Shown here one piece after another: positions 25,704 to 38,100 of a stretch of 64,000 bases of DNA (positions are counted from its first letter, which is position 1; each line of letters opens with the position of its first letter). The notes beneath the pieces were generated by a model, which was not told the DNA's origin, did not search any database, and was given only the letters and a program-made list of their open reading frames with translations. Origin of the DNA: a virus; the IMG/VR virus record IMGVR_UViG_3300029807_000001, positions 29,667 to 93,666 of that record. One strand, 5' to 3'. Made by a program: the position numbers and the translations under genes.

Positions 25704-28700
25704 TAAGCTGGTAATGTTAGGTCACCAGTAGGTACTATGTCTACCATTTGACCACAGTTGTTAAAGATTAATACTTTTCTTGTTGCAGTAATGGTAACTA
25801 GACCGCTAGGAGAACATTGTACGGACATTCCGTCAATAATAGGCTGTTCAATTCCTGACATACTATAATCTTGAAACTTATCTTTGAAGTCTAGCTCAAT
25901 ATTACAGCTACCAAGGTCTGTAGCTTGTAGACATGCTCCGAGAGATATCTCTGCCGCTCCACTGATACCTCCTATGTCCATATACACTCCCACCTCCGCT
26001 TGGCATCCGTCTGCGGTTAGTTGATTCAGGTTTAGTCCCTTACCGTACACTAACGTACTTACGAAACCCGCAGGGCTGCTAGAACTCACACAGCTAGTGC
26101 TGTTACTCATGTTTATACCAGCCCCAATCCATGCGTCACAGCTATTATTAGGAGTCTGCATCCTGATTCCGTTACCAGCTTTAAGTACACTAGCAAGTCT
26201 AGTACTATCGGGAGTACCAGTTACGCAAGCAGCAATAACGTCTGGATGAAAACCAGCCTGAATATCTACAACGCATATATCATCGTCTTGTGGATCAATT
26301 CTAAATCCTTTACCGAAGTTTAATGTGGTATAGTTTTGTAGTGTTAAGTGACCACTAGGACTGAGGTATCCGAATCCAGCATTGGTCTCATCAAAACAGA
26401 ATGTCTCACTAGACATTTGAGTATTAGACTTATGACTTATAATAGAATATTCACATTCGTAAGGGTCGAACTCTGCTATAACAACGTCACCAGATTTCAT
26501 GCAAGCATAGCCAACCTTATCTACAGCCATGAATTGAGGAGTAGCGATAGGACTACCACCAGAATCGTATAGTGTGGGTCCGCTAGTCTGTGATGCCACA
26601 CCAGAACCTAGTGGATCAATATCCGATTGTAACGTTCCTACTAACGATCTAAATTGCGGAATTGTCCAAACGGCTCTCGCACGATCCCATCTGAAATCAA
26701 CGGGACCAACAGGCCACGACTTAGACTTACGTAGGAAGTCATCCATGAACTTGTGTTCTAGGTTTGTTTCCGCGAAATTACCACTACCAGCAGCGCCTTC
26801 TGAATCTACTTTATTAGGAACTGGGAATCCGTCTAGATCATATCCCCATCCTTGCATTATCATTGGACCTCTAATAGCCATACCTCGGTATGTGTTATTG
26901 TGGTCAGATACTGTTATGTCTTGCGTATCTCCATATCCCTGAATAGGCATCACGATACTAGATGGTGGAACTCCAGTTCCGCGCCCTATCATTTCGATAT
27001 CGTGGCCAACAGTAGGAGTATCAGTTCTATCGTCTGCTACACTGCTTCTAGAGAGTCCAGTAGGATTACTAAATGGGTCTAAGTAATTAATATCAATATC
27101 TAGATTGTAAGCGTTATAACTTCCTGCCTCACCCTCGATGTCTATTGGAGGTTGTGCTCCTCGACTTACCGTTTTTTGACAGTTGCTTGTCGGATTAGCA
27201 TAGGTGGGAAGAGTAGCGTGAGTTGCTGTCGAGATAGGACGTAACAATCCGTCCATACTCATAAGAGCCTTTTCTTCATACTTAGCAGCCATCTCTGTCG
27301 AAGCTTCTGCCACTGACACAGTACCTACTAATGATCTATCGTATTCTCCAGAGTTCCACGGAATAATCTGCCCACCAAAAACTTCATGAGCAGTATTAGG
27401 TAAATTCTTTTGAGGCTCTAGTAGTACTCCAGGAGCTTTGCCAGCAGCCTTATTGATAGCGTCTATATTTTGGTTTCTCAGTCTATGTAAACCAAACGCA
27501 CGTAACTGTTTATTAAAGTTTAGTCTTTGGCGACCCACTTTCTTCATACGTTCAGCATTACCTCTAAAGAATCTACCGTATTTAGGAGTCCATGTTCTTA
27601 GATTGTATGTTGTCTGTAATCCTTCTGGACCTACCGCCGTAGTTAGTCCTGTGATATTAGGTCCGTAGGTTCCGTCCCAAGGCAGTACGGCAGTGAAGTA
27701 GTAGTCAATTCCGCTTATTGCAGCGGTTCCGCTGGTTCTGTTTTCTACTAAGTTAGCACCGAGTCCACCGTTAAAGGGATTGCCGCTATCTGCCGCTAAC
27801 AGTTCCGCTCCGAGAGGAAGGTCTGGACTACCAATGACGGTAACCTGTCCCTCTTCGGCTACTTGCTGATTTGTAATCCCTTCGCTTGCTGTTGCATTAC
27901 CCGCTAAGTTTAAGGTTGTGAAACCTCCATACTCCCAAGGTACTAGTCCGTCGTCATGAGTAACTTGTACTCCTCCTACAGCACCAGCAGCACCCCAAGG
28001 ACCATAAGAGAGAATGTTAGATTTAATACCGAAGCCACACGCATCAGGAGTCTCGGCTCTATTAACTGCTGATAACGCCAGAAGCACTAAACCAAAGTTC
28101 TCTTGAGCATCTGCTATATTGTTGTTCTTAACTGCTCCCTTAAAATTCTGTAAGAGTTTATGCAGACCAGCAAAGTTAATGGCAATATCTGGATTATCTA
28201 GCGATACGTTTTTGATGGGGGTAGGCAAAGTTACAATAGCTCTAGGACTAAATAGTGTAGATTTGTCTAGGTATACATATTCTTCGTTTACTCCAAGCTT
28301 TACCCATAACTTACCAGCGGTAGATATGTAATCATTAGTACTTAATTCTGCTGATGTAACGCCATTAACATTATCAAATCTAGAGAAAGCTCCCAGTCTG
28401 TTGTCGTCTAAAGTAAAGAAGTCAGTTAAGATTCCTGGGTGGGCAAGTTCTAATACTGGACTCACTTCGGTCCAACCGCCCTCGTTTGGCTGTTCGCTTA
28501 ACTGTATAAGACCGCTTTCCGAATCGGTACGTCCGCAAGTAAATGGAAGACGCACTTGATATGTCTTACCGTAATGAGTATCCGCTATCTTTTTAATCCA
28601 TTTGAATCCTATTTGAGCAACTTCTAGTTGCATATCTACATCATTAGCTTTAGGAGCGTTAGCCGCTGGAAGAAAATCTGCTGCTCTAAGAGCGTTGCCA

Positions 28701-30205
28701 CCCGCTGCACCAAGATTCTTAATGATCTTGACCATGCCTTGTATATTAACAGCTCCTTTGAGGTTTGGCAGCACTAAGGCTTGATATAATTCTGTGTTAG
28801 TATTAGCTGCAAAACTTAACCATATATCATACCCAGACTGTGCGGCTACTAACTCGTCTTCGCCTATCTCTAACGTTGCTGCTATAGCTCTATTGTATTT
28901 TGGGTCTACTAGTTGTATAGCTAGGTCGTCAGTGAAGGCATCGAAGAACCACCATCCGTCTCCATCTAGCTCTGGAACGATAGCATTACCAGTGTTAGGA
29001 TTAAGACCGAAGTATGGTATAATCATGTCATCAGCTTCTGGAGGAACTGGTTGACCGTCGCCTTCTGGATCGTCGCTTTGTTCTGCCTGATAGAAACTGT
29101 TCTTTGGACCTCCTACTACAAAAGCCTGCGTAATGTCATTACGTAGTTCACGGCCTTTATTGTAACTGATAACTTTGCGGTCGGCAGATGCGACAAACGT
29201 ATCAATACTATTTAGTGCAGGAGCGTTAACTCTATCGGCAGTTCTGATCTTGATAAACTTATGGATTCCCGAACCTAGAACTCCACCAACAACTGGAACT
29301 AACTCTATGTAGTAGTCATGTCCAGAATCTTGAGTGATCTGAGATATGGTGTCCATGATAGAGGTACTAACGCCATTGAATCTCCAGTAAGTAGGAGCGG
29401 TAGGTAGTTCATTAAGGTCGAGGAAGTAGTAAGCTAAATTGCCAACGTCAGCAGGCATAATACCCATACCAGAAGCGGGAAATGATGAAGGAGCCTTGAA
29501 CGCCAGTCTACCGTAAGGAGACCAGATATTGGTTGTGGCAGGGAACGAAGATAGTAAGATACGCTGAGCACTAAGAATCTGGTTCCACTGCATACCATTG
29601 TGATTAACATCTGCCCCACCATAGAATTCAGCAGGAGAGCCGAATACTGTACCGTCAACGCTACCATCTCCAGCACTGTATACTCCTGGAGCAGATTGAA
29701 ACGTCTCTGGGCATGAAACGCCGAACGTTTCCATATATCCAAATGCATTGATAAGATTATATACGCTACCTACACTTCCAGCATACTCATTAATGATGAT
29801 CTGTGCATTGTCTAGTATAGCACGAGGATCTACTATCTTAATTTGGTATGTAGGATTACCAGATATAGAGTGGCTCTCTTCCCAGCTTTGCACCTGACCA
29901 GCAAACTCAAAGTCTCCGACTCTAAAGTATACGGGAGCACCAATGATATTGGTAGTCAGTCCGAAGAAGCCTGGATCGGCTATGGTCCAGTCTTGTTCGG
30001 TCAGGTCGGTATCGAAGTACTTCTTAGGTGATCCAGCAGGAGGAGCACATGTGTCTTCCACCACCTGTACCGTGATCTCTGACTGCTGTTCATTCCATCC
30101 AGCAGACGCGGAGAAAGACATAACGCTGCATCCTAAGAACATCGTCTGGTCGAATCCTCCCCAAATGTTACCAGGAGTACATGTATTTTTTACTGGAGTG
30201 GCCAT
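25694..30205 (-). CDS. large tail-tip/baseplate hub or central fibre protein (1503 aa)
   Basis: Downstream of the TMP and Dit-like gene. Beta-rich hub-like N-terminus and Cys-rich fibre-like C-terminus. Confidence 0.65.
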   Translation of the reverse strand: MATPVKNTCTPGNIWGGFDQTMFLGCSVMSFSASAGWNEQQSEITVQVVEDTCAPPAGSPKKYFDTDLTEQDWTIADPGFFGLTTNIIGAPVYFRVGDFEFAGQVQSWEESHSISGNPTYQIKIVDPRAILDNAQIIINEYAGSVGSVYNLINAFGYMETFGVSCPETFQSAPGVYSAGDGSVDGTVFGSPAEFYGGADVNHNGMQWNQILSAQRILLSSFPATTNIWSPYGRLAFKAPSSFPASGMGIMPADVGNLAYYFLDLNELPTAPTYWRFNGVSTSIMDTISQITQDSGHDYYIELVPVVGGVLGSGIHKFIKIRTADRVNAPALNSIDTFVASADRKVISYNKGRELRNDITQAFVVGGPKNSFYQAEQSDDPEGDGQPVPPEADDMIIPYFGLNPNTGNAIVPELDGDGWWFFDAFTDDLAIQLVDPKYNRAIAATLEIGEDELVAAQSGYDIWLSFAANTNTELYQALVLPNLKGAVNIQGMVKIIKNLGAAGGNALRAADFLPAANAPKANDVDMQLEVAQIGFKWIKKIADTHYGKTYQVRLPFTCGRTDSESGLIQLSEQPNEGGWTEVSPVLELAHPGILTDFFTLDDNRLGAFSRFDNVNGVTSAELSTNDYISTAGKLWVKLGVNEEYVYLDKSTLFSPRAIVTLPTPIKNVSLDNPDIAINFAGLHKLLQNFKGAVKNNNIADAQENFGLVLLALSAVNRAETPDACGFGIKSNILSYGPWGAAGAVGGVQVTHDDGLVPWEYGGFTTLNLAGNATASEGITNQQVAEEGQVTVIGSPDLPLGAELLAADSGNPFNGGLGANLVENRTSGTAAISGIDYYFTAVLPWDGTYGPNITGLTTAVGPEGLQTTYNLRTWTPKYGRFFRGNAERMKKVGRQRLNFNKQLRAFGLHRLRNQNIDAINKAAGKAPGVLLEPQKNLPNTAHEVFGGQIIPWNSGEYDRSLVGTVSVAEASTEMAAKYEEKALMSMDGLLRPISTATHATLPTYANPTSNCQKTVSRGAQPPIDIEGEAGSYNAYNLDIDINYLDPFSNPTGLSRSSVADDRTDTPTVGHDIEMIGRGTGVPPSSIVMPIQGYGDTQDITVSDHNNTYRGMAIRGPMIMQGWGYDLDGFPVPNKVDSEGAAGSGNFAETNLEHKFMDDFLRKSKSWPVGPVDFRWDRARAVWTIPQFRSLVGTLQSDIDPLGSGVASQTSGPTLYDSGGSPIATPQFMAVDKVGYACMKSGDVVIAEFDPYECEYSIISHKSNTQMSSETFCFDETNAGFGYLSPSGHLTLQNYTTLNFGKGFRIDPQDDDICVVDIQAGFHPDVIAACVTGTPDSTRLASVLKAGNGIRMQTPNNSCDAWIGAGINMSNSTSCVSSSSPAGFVSTLVYGKGLNLNQLTADGCQAEVGVYMDIGGISGAAEISLGACLQATDLGSCNIELDFKDKFQDYSMSGIEQPIIDGMSVQCSPSGLVTITATRKVLIFNNCGQMVDIVPTGDLTLPAYCE

Positions 30206-30546
30206 CTAGGTTCCTTAGCTGAGCTATATATAGTAGCATGTGCCTGTTCTTTTTGAGACTCTTCAAATTCATTCATCTTGCCTAGTACACTAGACAACTC
30301 TCTAGAGTTAGACCTTAAAGAACTACGTTTCACTACGTAGTTTTTGTACCACTTAAAGAAATGTTTGACAGTTGCTGTTCTTTCGTCATCTTTTGCCGTG
30401 TAGAATATAGTTCCATTTATACTTCCATGATGCCACGTCCATAAGTCTCTAACATCATTATATTCTACGGTTATTGGTCCTATCTTAGTCTCTAGTACTA
30501 GATTACATAGTGTGGGATGTTTCCCTGTTACGTACTTTACAATCAT
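30190..30546 (-). CDS. hypothetical protein (118 aa)
   Basis: Strong SD AAGGAG. Sits between tail genes. Confidence 0.7.
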   Translation of the reverse strand: MIVKYVTGKHPTLCNLVLETKIGPITVEYNDVRDLWTWHHGSINGTIFYTAKDDERTATVKHFFKWYKNYVVKRSSLRSNSRELSSVLGKMNEFEESQKEQAHATIYSSAKEPRWPLQ

Positions 30547-30561
30547 CTTATAACTCCTTGT

Positions 30562-32136
30562 TTAGCAGAATGAAGTAGAAATAGTTCCACTACAATCTGA
30601 ATATGTCCATCCTACAGACCTAGTGTATCTGCCAGTAATCGGGTTCCAACTCTCGTTATCGGCGTGCTTGAATACTTGATTATACACGTCAGTGAGCTGA
30701 GTTTCAAAACTACATAGTAAATTTTCCACATTTTCTGTAGGCTTGTTTAAATCTAGATCTGTGATCACAGAACATCCAGTAGGAGAAGGCATTACTGCCT
30801 CAATAGAAACCTCTCTGGTTCGTTCGGTAACTGTAGAAATAGCCTGTAAAACTGGTCCTTGTGGGCGACCTAATACTGCTAACTTGGCGAAAACATCTGT
30901 CGGATGGTTGTCCGAAATGGTAAAGTTCTCACTTAAAGCACCAGTAATGAAGGCGCACGGTCTATCATTGAATTCGTAACTGTATGTTATCACACCTTTA
31001 GAAGGTTGATGTCCAATTGTCTTGTTTGTAGCGTTAGGATTCAGGAAGGTAGAATGATCCTGCTGGAATATGAATTGAGCACGAGGGTATATCCTGTCCT
31101 GTAAGGTGGACCACGCTGTATTAGCGTTATCGTATGCGGCTGTTGTAACGGGACCAGTAGCGGAATTTAGTTCCGTGTAATCCCGAACCTCCAAGCCTTT
31201 GATCTGACCTTCTACAGATACATTTACCTTACCGTCGTCTATTCCCTGCCTAATATTTACGGTGAAGTCTTCGGTCATGTTTCTTGCCGCTGCTCCAAGT
31301 CCAGTCTGATTTCCGATGATAAACCACGACTCGGTGAGACTCACGCTACCATCCGTTTCATTGACTGTGTGTGCTCGCATGTGATCGAACTCACCGAAGT
31401 TTCCCGCACCAGCTAGATTAGTCCAGCCAGATAGAGAGTGACCCCAAGCTTGTTCGTTATATCCAAAGTTTAGATACACACCAGTTAACCATGCCATAGC
31501 ATTATCTGCGGCACTAGTAGGAGTACCAGTTAGACCTGGACCTACCCAGCTTTGTTTGCCCTTGGCAGTAACGGTGTGAGTTACACGCGCTTCAAACGGA
31601 TTGTTCTGGTCGCCAGAGCTATAATCACTGCTAGGGTCTTGATTTGTAAGAGACGATAAATCCCATGTAAAGTGTTTCTGATCTTCTACGAACTCCATTG
31701 ACCACTCTTCGGTATAGTCCTCAATGAACGGAGGAGCCTCAGTACCAGCGACTGGATGTTCGTTTAGTTCGTCTGTATTGTATTCGATCTCGATGCTGAA
31801 AGGTACAGTCTGCACCCAGTTGTTATTAGATTCCGCAAAGTTTACGCTAACTACCTTTGGATAGATTTGCATAACTACAGTAGAATCGCACTTTATCTCT
31901 AATAGTTTTCCGCTTCTGTTAAAGCCTGTACGCAGAGCTTCCATGAGACTGTCGGTCTGAATCAGTCCAGTCACACCGTCAGGCAGGGGAGTAAGTAGAC
32001 CGTTCAAAGTCATGCTGAACGTATAGCCTAGAGGATCGGTACGGTTTAGCACCTGATGATCTTGTCTACTAATTGTTACGAGAGGTACGGGAGAAAATGC
32101 GTAATCTCCATACGTCATTGTTGTTGCGTTAGCCAT
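30562..32136 (-). CDS. distal-tail/baseplate structural protein
   Basis: Directly after the TMP. T/S/N-rich beta protein. Confidence 0.6.
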   Translation of the reverse strand: MANATTMTYGDYAFSPVPLVTISRQDHQVLNRTDPLGYTFSMTLNGLLTPLPDGVTGLIQTDSLMEALRTGFNRSGKLLEIKCDSTVVMQIYPKVVSVNFAESNNNWVQTVPFSIEIEYNTDELNEHPVAGTEAPPFIEDYTEEWSMEFVEDQKHFTWDLSSLTNQDPSSDYSSGDQNNPFEARVTHTVTAKGKQSWVGPGLTGTPTSAADNAMAWLTGVYLNFGYNEQAWGHSLSGWTNLAGAGNFGEFDHMRAHTVNETDGSVSLTESWFIIGNQTGLGAAARNMTEDFTVNIRQGIDDGKVNVSVEGQIKGLEVRDYTELNSATGPVTTAAYDNANTAWSTLQDRIYPRAQFIFQQDHSTFLNPNATNKTIGHQPSKGVITYSYEFNDRPCAFITGALSENFTISDNHPTDVFAKLAVLGRPQGPVLQAISTVTERTREVSIEAVMPSPTGCSVITDLDLNKPTENVENLLCSFETQLTDVYNQVFKHADNESWNPITGRYTRSVGWTYSDCSGTISTSFC

Positions 32137-32138
32137 AT

Positions 32139-35100
32139 TTATACCGTATTAAAACCGAAGGATTCTTTGGTCTCTCCAGTGATAGGATTGATAGTGTTTA
32201 TTAATGCTCTCTGTATCTGACCTTCAACAAGTTGTGCAAGTGCTGGTTGCATATTTTCAAATGCTTCTGCACCATTGATGACTACGTTGACTTGTATTGG
32301 TGCAGACTCAATTTGAATCGTCTCTGGTATGTTAATATTTTGTAATTGCTTCGCTAAGTTATTAAGTCCATTAAGAGCTACTGTTAACTGGTTTGCAGCA
32401 CCAGCAAATCCATTAAGGGCATTTATACCTTGAGGATTTAATAACCCTCCCTGACCTCTTACCTTGCGGACTCTACCTTCCGCGACGTTCTGAAGACCGC
32501 CTCCGTTTGGATCTCTCCCTAGTCTTCTATCCTCGTGCCTCTGATCACGGGCCGCTTCTTCTTCTCTAATTCTAGCCTGATTTGCTTCATGAACGGCTTG
32601 TCTTTGTCTTGGTCCAGGGAGTTGCTGTGGAACTCTAGCGGCTTGAGCTTGCCGTTGAGGAACAACACCCCCGCCTCCTCCAGCCAGTCCTCGTATAGCA
32701 TTTAGTTGAGCATCAAATAGTTTATTTAAATTACCTAGTAGATTATCAGACTGAGTTTGTAAGACCCCTACTTGCTGATCTAAAGCAAACAACTGTTTAT
32801 CAGCCAACTGCTGGAACGTTTTAATTAAATTAGCTTCTTGATCTTGACCTTCTAAGTCTCCAAAAAACTTCTGCAAGAACTTACCAGCAGGACCAGCCTT
32901 GTCTAGTCCTAACGCGTCTAGATTCCCTTTTGCTACTCTGTCTCTAGCCGCCCTAGCCTGCTCCTTTGGAAGTAAGTTTATGATATCATTTAAGAACTTG
33001 TTGCCAGCAGCGAATCCTTTAGCATCTACCTTACCTCCACCTAGTATAGCAGCGGCTCCAGCTATGCCTCTGTTAAGCTCGGCTGCTGCTTTAGGATCAA
33101 GTTGTGCGGCGCGTAAGTTTGCAACGAACCCACGGCCCTTTTCTCTTCTTTGCTGAATCTCTGCAATCTTACCTTCTATTGCTGTTAAAGCATTAGTACT
33201 CGTAGCATTTAGTTGTAAAGCTTTTTCTAGTTCTTTACCTTGACGGGTGTTGTCAGCAAATTCAGCGATCAGTTCTGTTTGTTCTTGTCGTCCAGCGTCT
33301 GGTTGTCTAGCTCTTATAGCTTCATTTCTTCTCTGTAGGGAGATAAGACGATCTGCCAGAACCCTTGAGTCTGTTGACCCACCAGCCCCACCTCCTAACG
33401 ACGCGTCACGAACTCTTGCTTCTGTAATGCCTAGTATATCCTGTATGCTTACTTCTTTACCTTGTAAGCCTTTTAGTTGATTAGCTCTCTGGGCTGTGAT
33501 TTGTACTATTCTATCTTGTACGTCAGCAGCTTTTAGTTGAGACTGAGCATATAGATTTGCGTTCTTGGCAAATTCGTTTATAACTTTTTCTACACTATTA
33601 ACCGCTGCGGAAAGTGCGTCTTGAGCCTTTTTAGTTGCTGGAGTAGCAGTTGTACTTACGACTTTATCTATCTGACTTTGAGTTACACCCTTAGCCTGTC
33701 TTTTACCTCCAAACAATTGTCTAGCGCTAGATTCGAATTGATTCCTGATTACGTCTCCCAATCCTCTTAGAATATCGCTGTCTTTAAGAGCATTCTCGAA
33801 TACTGTTGCAGCGCTATCTGCATCAACCGCACTTCCTTTAGCAATAGCTTCGGCTAAAATGGCCGCGCCTTCATTACGTAGTATACTAGCATCGTTAAAC
33901 GCTTTTTCTAGTTTATCAATATCTGAACCACCACCAGTGAAACTTCTTAATTGATTAAAGCTTTGGTCAATCTGACCTTGTCCCACAATTCCAAGATTCT
34001 TACTGAGCTTATTAAACTTTACCGTAGCGATACTATTAAAGCCATTAGCTATGGTGTCTAGCGATGCTCGAAACGACTGTCCTGCTGTTGCTGCTACTGT
34101 AGCTTTAGAAGCCATATTTAATAGGTCAATTCCTAGTAAGTCCATCTCTTTACGAGCCTCGCCAGCCGCTTTTGCCGACGCAAGTAGTTGATCCTGTAAA
34201 AGCTTGTCCGCACTTATTCTGTCCGCTATGACTAAACCTAGCGCAACATCATCAGGACGGTCTGCATCAGGAGCTGCTAGAAAATTCTTTCTACTAGCAT
34301 CATCTAAAGATCCTATAAATGCCAGAGCGTCTTGTCTGGATGTACCACCAGATAAATTTTTGAATCTATCTGCACCTGTTGCTCCGCTGGCAACATTCTT
34401 CTTTACCTCACTCAAAAATAATTCAGCAGCTTGCTTCTGTGCGTCTTGTGCTTTGACACTGCGGTCTTGTAGTTTCTTTTGGAACTTTTTCTGCTCCTTC
34501 ATAGTGTCAAATGCCAACTTGAAAAATAGTGCTTCCTTTGCTCTTTCTTGAGGATTAAGGTCTTCGGTAGACCCAAATGCATTGCTTGTAGGAGTCTCAA
34601 ATCTTAATACGGCAAGCTCTTTCTTTAACTGTGGTATGGATTCTGAAACACGCTGGGAAAAATCTTCTTGGGAAATTATATTATTGGAAAAGCTAGATAT
34701 AGAATCACCTAGTTCATTGATAATTTTTTCTATTCTTGCGTCTCGTAGGTCATCAGTAGCCTGCTTAAAAGCCTGTTGGTATGATACGATTGCTCCTACT
34801 AATCCACCTACAGCGGCCCCTACTGCCGTTCCAAGTCCAGGAGCTATAATTGAACCTAGCGCAGCTCCAGCGGTTCCTCCAGCTATTGCTCCAGTAATAC
34901 CAGCTCCAGCTCCTGCCGCCTTAGCAGTTTTTGTACCTATTGCTTGTTGTAATATAGGAGCGGCTATTAGTAGTCCGATGGCAGCTCCTCCAAATCCAGC
35001 TCCATCAACGCCAGCTCCAACTCCACCTCCAGCTCCAGCTCCAGCTCTAGCTGCTTTACTTTTAGTCCTTAGTGAAGATAAAGTACTCGCTCTCTGCTTT

Positions 35101-38100
35101 TGGATTTGTGTTATCTTTGCGTTTTCTGCGTTAAGCTGCTTCTGACCAAAGATGCCTCTTTTATTGACCGCTGCAACTTCCTTCTCAACTCTAGCTAGTT
35201 GTGTTACGGTTAAAGTTCTTTTTCTTACCGCTAATACTTCTTTTTGAGCTGCGGAAGCTGAACGTATCGCCACACTTTGAAATGGCCGAGAACTTGATCC
35301 ACGTAATCCTCCAGGTGGGAAGTCACCACTCTGCATACCAACAGGACCACCAGCAGCAAATCTCTCGGAAGAACTCTTACGAACAACAAAACTACCACTC
35401 TCCAACATTGTTCGGAAGGTGTCACGATTACCTGTTCCTGGTACGCGAGCTACGCCACCACGAGCGAATCCTTGGATACCGCTGGGATCACCTAGCTTGT
35501 TAAACTTGCGGAGATTACCTACGCCAGCCTGCTGTACTGCATCGGGACTGAATACTAATTCTCCTGGCGTTAGGAGTGTATCTACTAATCCTCCAGAAGC
35601 TCGCTTTAGGGCCGCTGCTTTTGTTTCAGCTCTTTGTATCCTTACGAAATTACCAAGCTGTGTCGCCATACTCTGAGCTTGAACATTGCCTACCGTTCGC
35701 TTAGCGTCCGTAGGAAGACTTCCATCAACTCCAGGAAATAGTCTAGAAGAAGCTCCAAGGCCAGTAGGAAAGTCTAAAGATCCCTTAAATCTTTTCTTCA
35801 ATGCCGCAGCCTCGAAAGGATCTCCTAAAGCCTGTAGTGAAGCTTCGAATAGGGTTCCTTGTATTTGAGGAAGTCCAGCGGCTTTCGTCGCAGGAATAAT
35901 TTTACTTTTGTCTAACCTAGCTCCCAACTTTGTCGCAAACGTTGTACCTACATTAGTAACGGCCTGTAGAATGTTTCTATTCATTCCTTTTTTAGCTTCT
36001 CTCGCAATGTCCTTGCCTATAGCTGCGAATTTTACTTGTACGACGGATTGAGGTCTCTTGCTCGTATCTCCCTTTGCGGCTTTAATTCTTACATTACGAG
36101 TTCCTTGCGCACCTATAGGTCGCAATCCTACCATTCCGAACCGTAAGTTTTTCGCTGGAGTTGGTGCGTCTTGTTTGTTTATTGCTTCATTATCTGACTT
36201 AGTAGAAAGTTTTCCTTTACTACCAGTTACCAATCTCTGTGGAGTAGAGTTCAGAGAGTTTAATCCACCAAGACCAAACTTCTTAACACCTCTTCTATTA
36301 ACTACGAACTCACCAGCTTGAGCGCGGATAATCTGTGAGTCGCTACTACCAGAGCCGCCTACAGCACCGCCAGTTGCAAAACGAGTCCTGCCAGCAGCAC
36401 CAAGTCTACTAGACCTACCTGTCCCTAATCCAGGGAGTACTCTAGTTAGAGCAGCTAATGCTGTAGTATTATTTGTTACGGCAGTAGTGTTAGAGATAAG
36501 GTGATTAGCAAGCGATACTTGAGCCTGAGTATTTCGTTGTGATCCTCCACCAATGCCTCCGATAGCTTCGCCTACTCCTCCTGCTCCACCAGCGCCGATT
36601 CCTCTACGGAAGCCTCTGGTAATTCCACCTATAATCTGCAAGCCCTTAAATGCCGCGAAACCAGCGAGAAGAGGAAGTAGTGGTTTTAGAACACTGGCTA
36701 GACTGATTAGGGTATCCGCAAACTTTAACGTACCTTTGGTTAGGAACGAGAACGTATCAGATTTAGTTACTTCGTTGATTAACTCAAGGAATTTTTCCTT
36801 AGTCTTAGTGAATTGTACTTCTAATGCCTGCTGAGCAATAGCCGCATCTTTAGCAGTAGAGTTTTGTCCTTCTGTAGCTACCTTCAACGCGGCCTGAGCC
36901 TTGTCGAATTCTTTAATAGCAGGGATGATCTTACCGATCTGTCGGATACCGCCAAGTTCTTCAACGATGGACGAGAATCTAATGTCGGTAGACTTCAATG
37001 TATTAAGTTCTTTACTTAGTCGAGCAACAGCTTCAAAGGCTCCAACAAATTGTCCTTCTGCATTATTTACTTCTACGCCTAAGTTACGCAAGAATTCTAC
37101 AGTAGAACGTCGTTGCAATCTGCTGATTAATGTTCTTAAACCTACAGCGATAGACTCGGAACTTTCACGAGTGGTAGCACGAATAGATGTGAACAACGCA
37201 ATGAATTCACGTAGAGACTGCTTAGCGTCTTTATCGTCGCCAGCGGCAGCAGCAAATACACCACCAGTTCTACGGATAGCGTTGATGATGTCACCAGACT
37301 CAACAGAGAATCTGGCAGACACAGCATTGATAGAACCTAGAACACTGTCTAAGTCGGTTAACTCTAGCTTGAATTGGTTGATCGCAGCGATAGCACCTTC
37401 CGTGGTCTGCTTCATACTGTCGAACGTTGGAGACAAATCAGACTGAGCTACAGCCCTAAGAGCTTTGCGTACCTCGGTTATAGAGAAACCAGCTTGAGAT
37501 AACGTTCGTGCTACATTTAATAGCTCGGTAGAAGAAACGCCGAGAGTAGTAGATAAGTTAAACACCTCATCTGTTAAACTCTTTAGTCCACCTACTGATC
37601 GTCCAGTAACTTGAGCGATCTTAATGATTTCACGGTCGAACTTGATAGCTTCGACAGTAGCAGTTTTAACAGCACTGATGAATCCGAAAATCACACCAGT
37701 AGCAATAGAGAACCCAGCAAATCTACGGATAGCTAATCCAGAAACTCGACCGAACTCTTCCATCTCTGTTGCGGCTTGAGCAGCACCTTTACCAGTAGAT
37801 GCAATAACGGCATTTACTTGAGACTGACTGCGAACATTAGCACGAGCACCGTTACTAACCTTACCAAAGGATTTGCCAAGTTTAGATAGACTAGCATTAG
37901 CAGAAGCGGCTAGAGATTTTACACTCCTAAGCCGCGTCTCTAATCTTGCCAGACTTTTATCGAGAGCCTTGACGCGAGCATTCACCTTCGGATCAAGTCT
38001 GATATCGACATTGACCTTCACGCTCTTTAGCTGCTTCTTGAGCTTGTCTATGATAGGTTTTGCGTCTACAGGCCCAACTAGATTCAGTCGGGCTGTAAGA

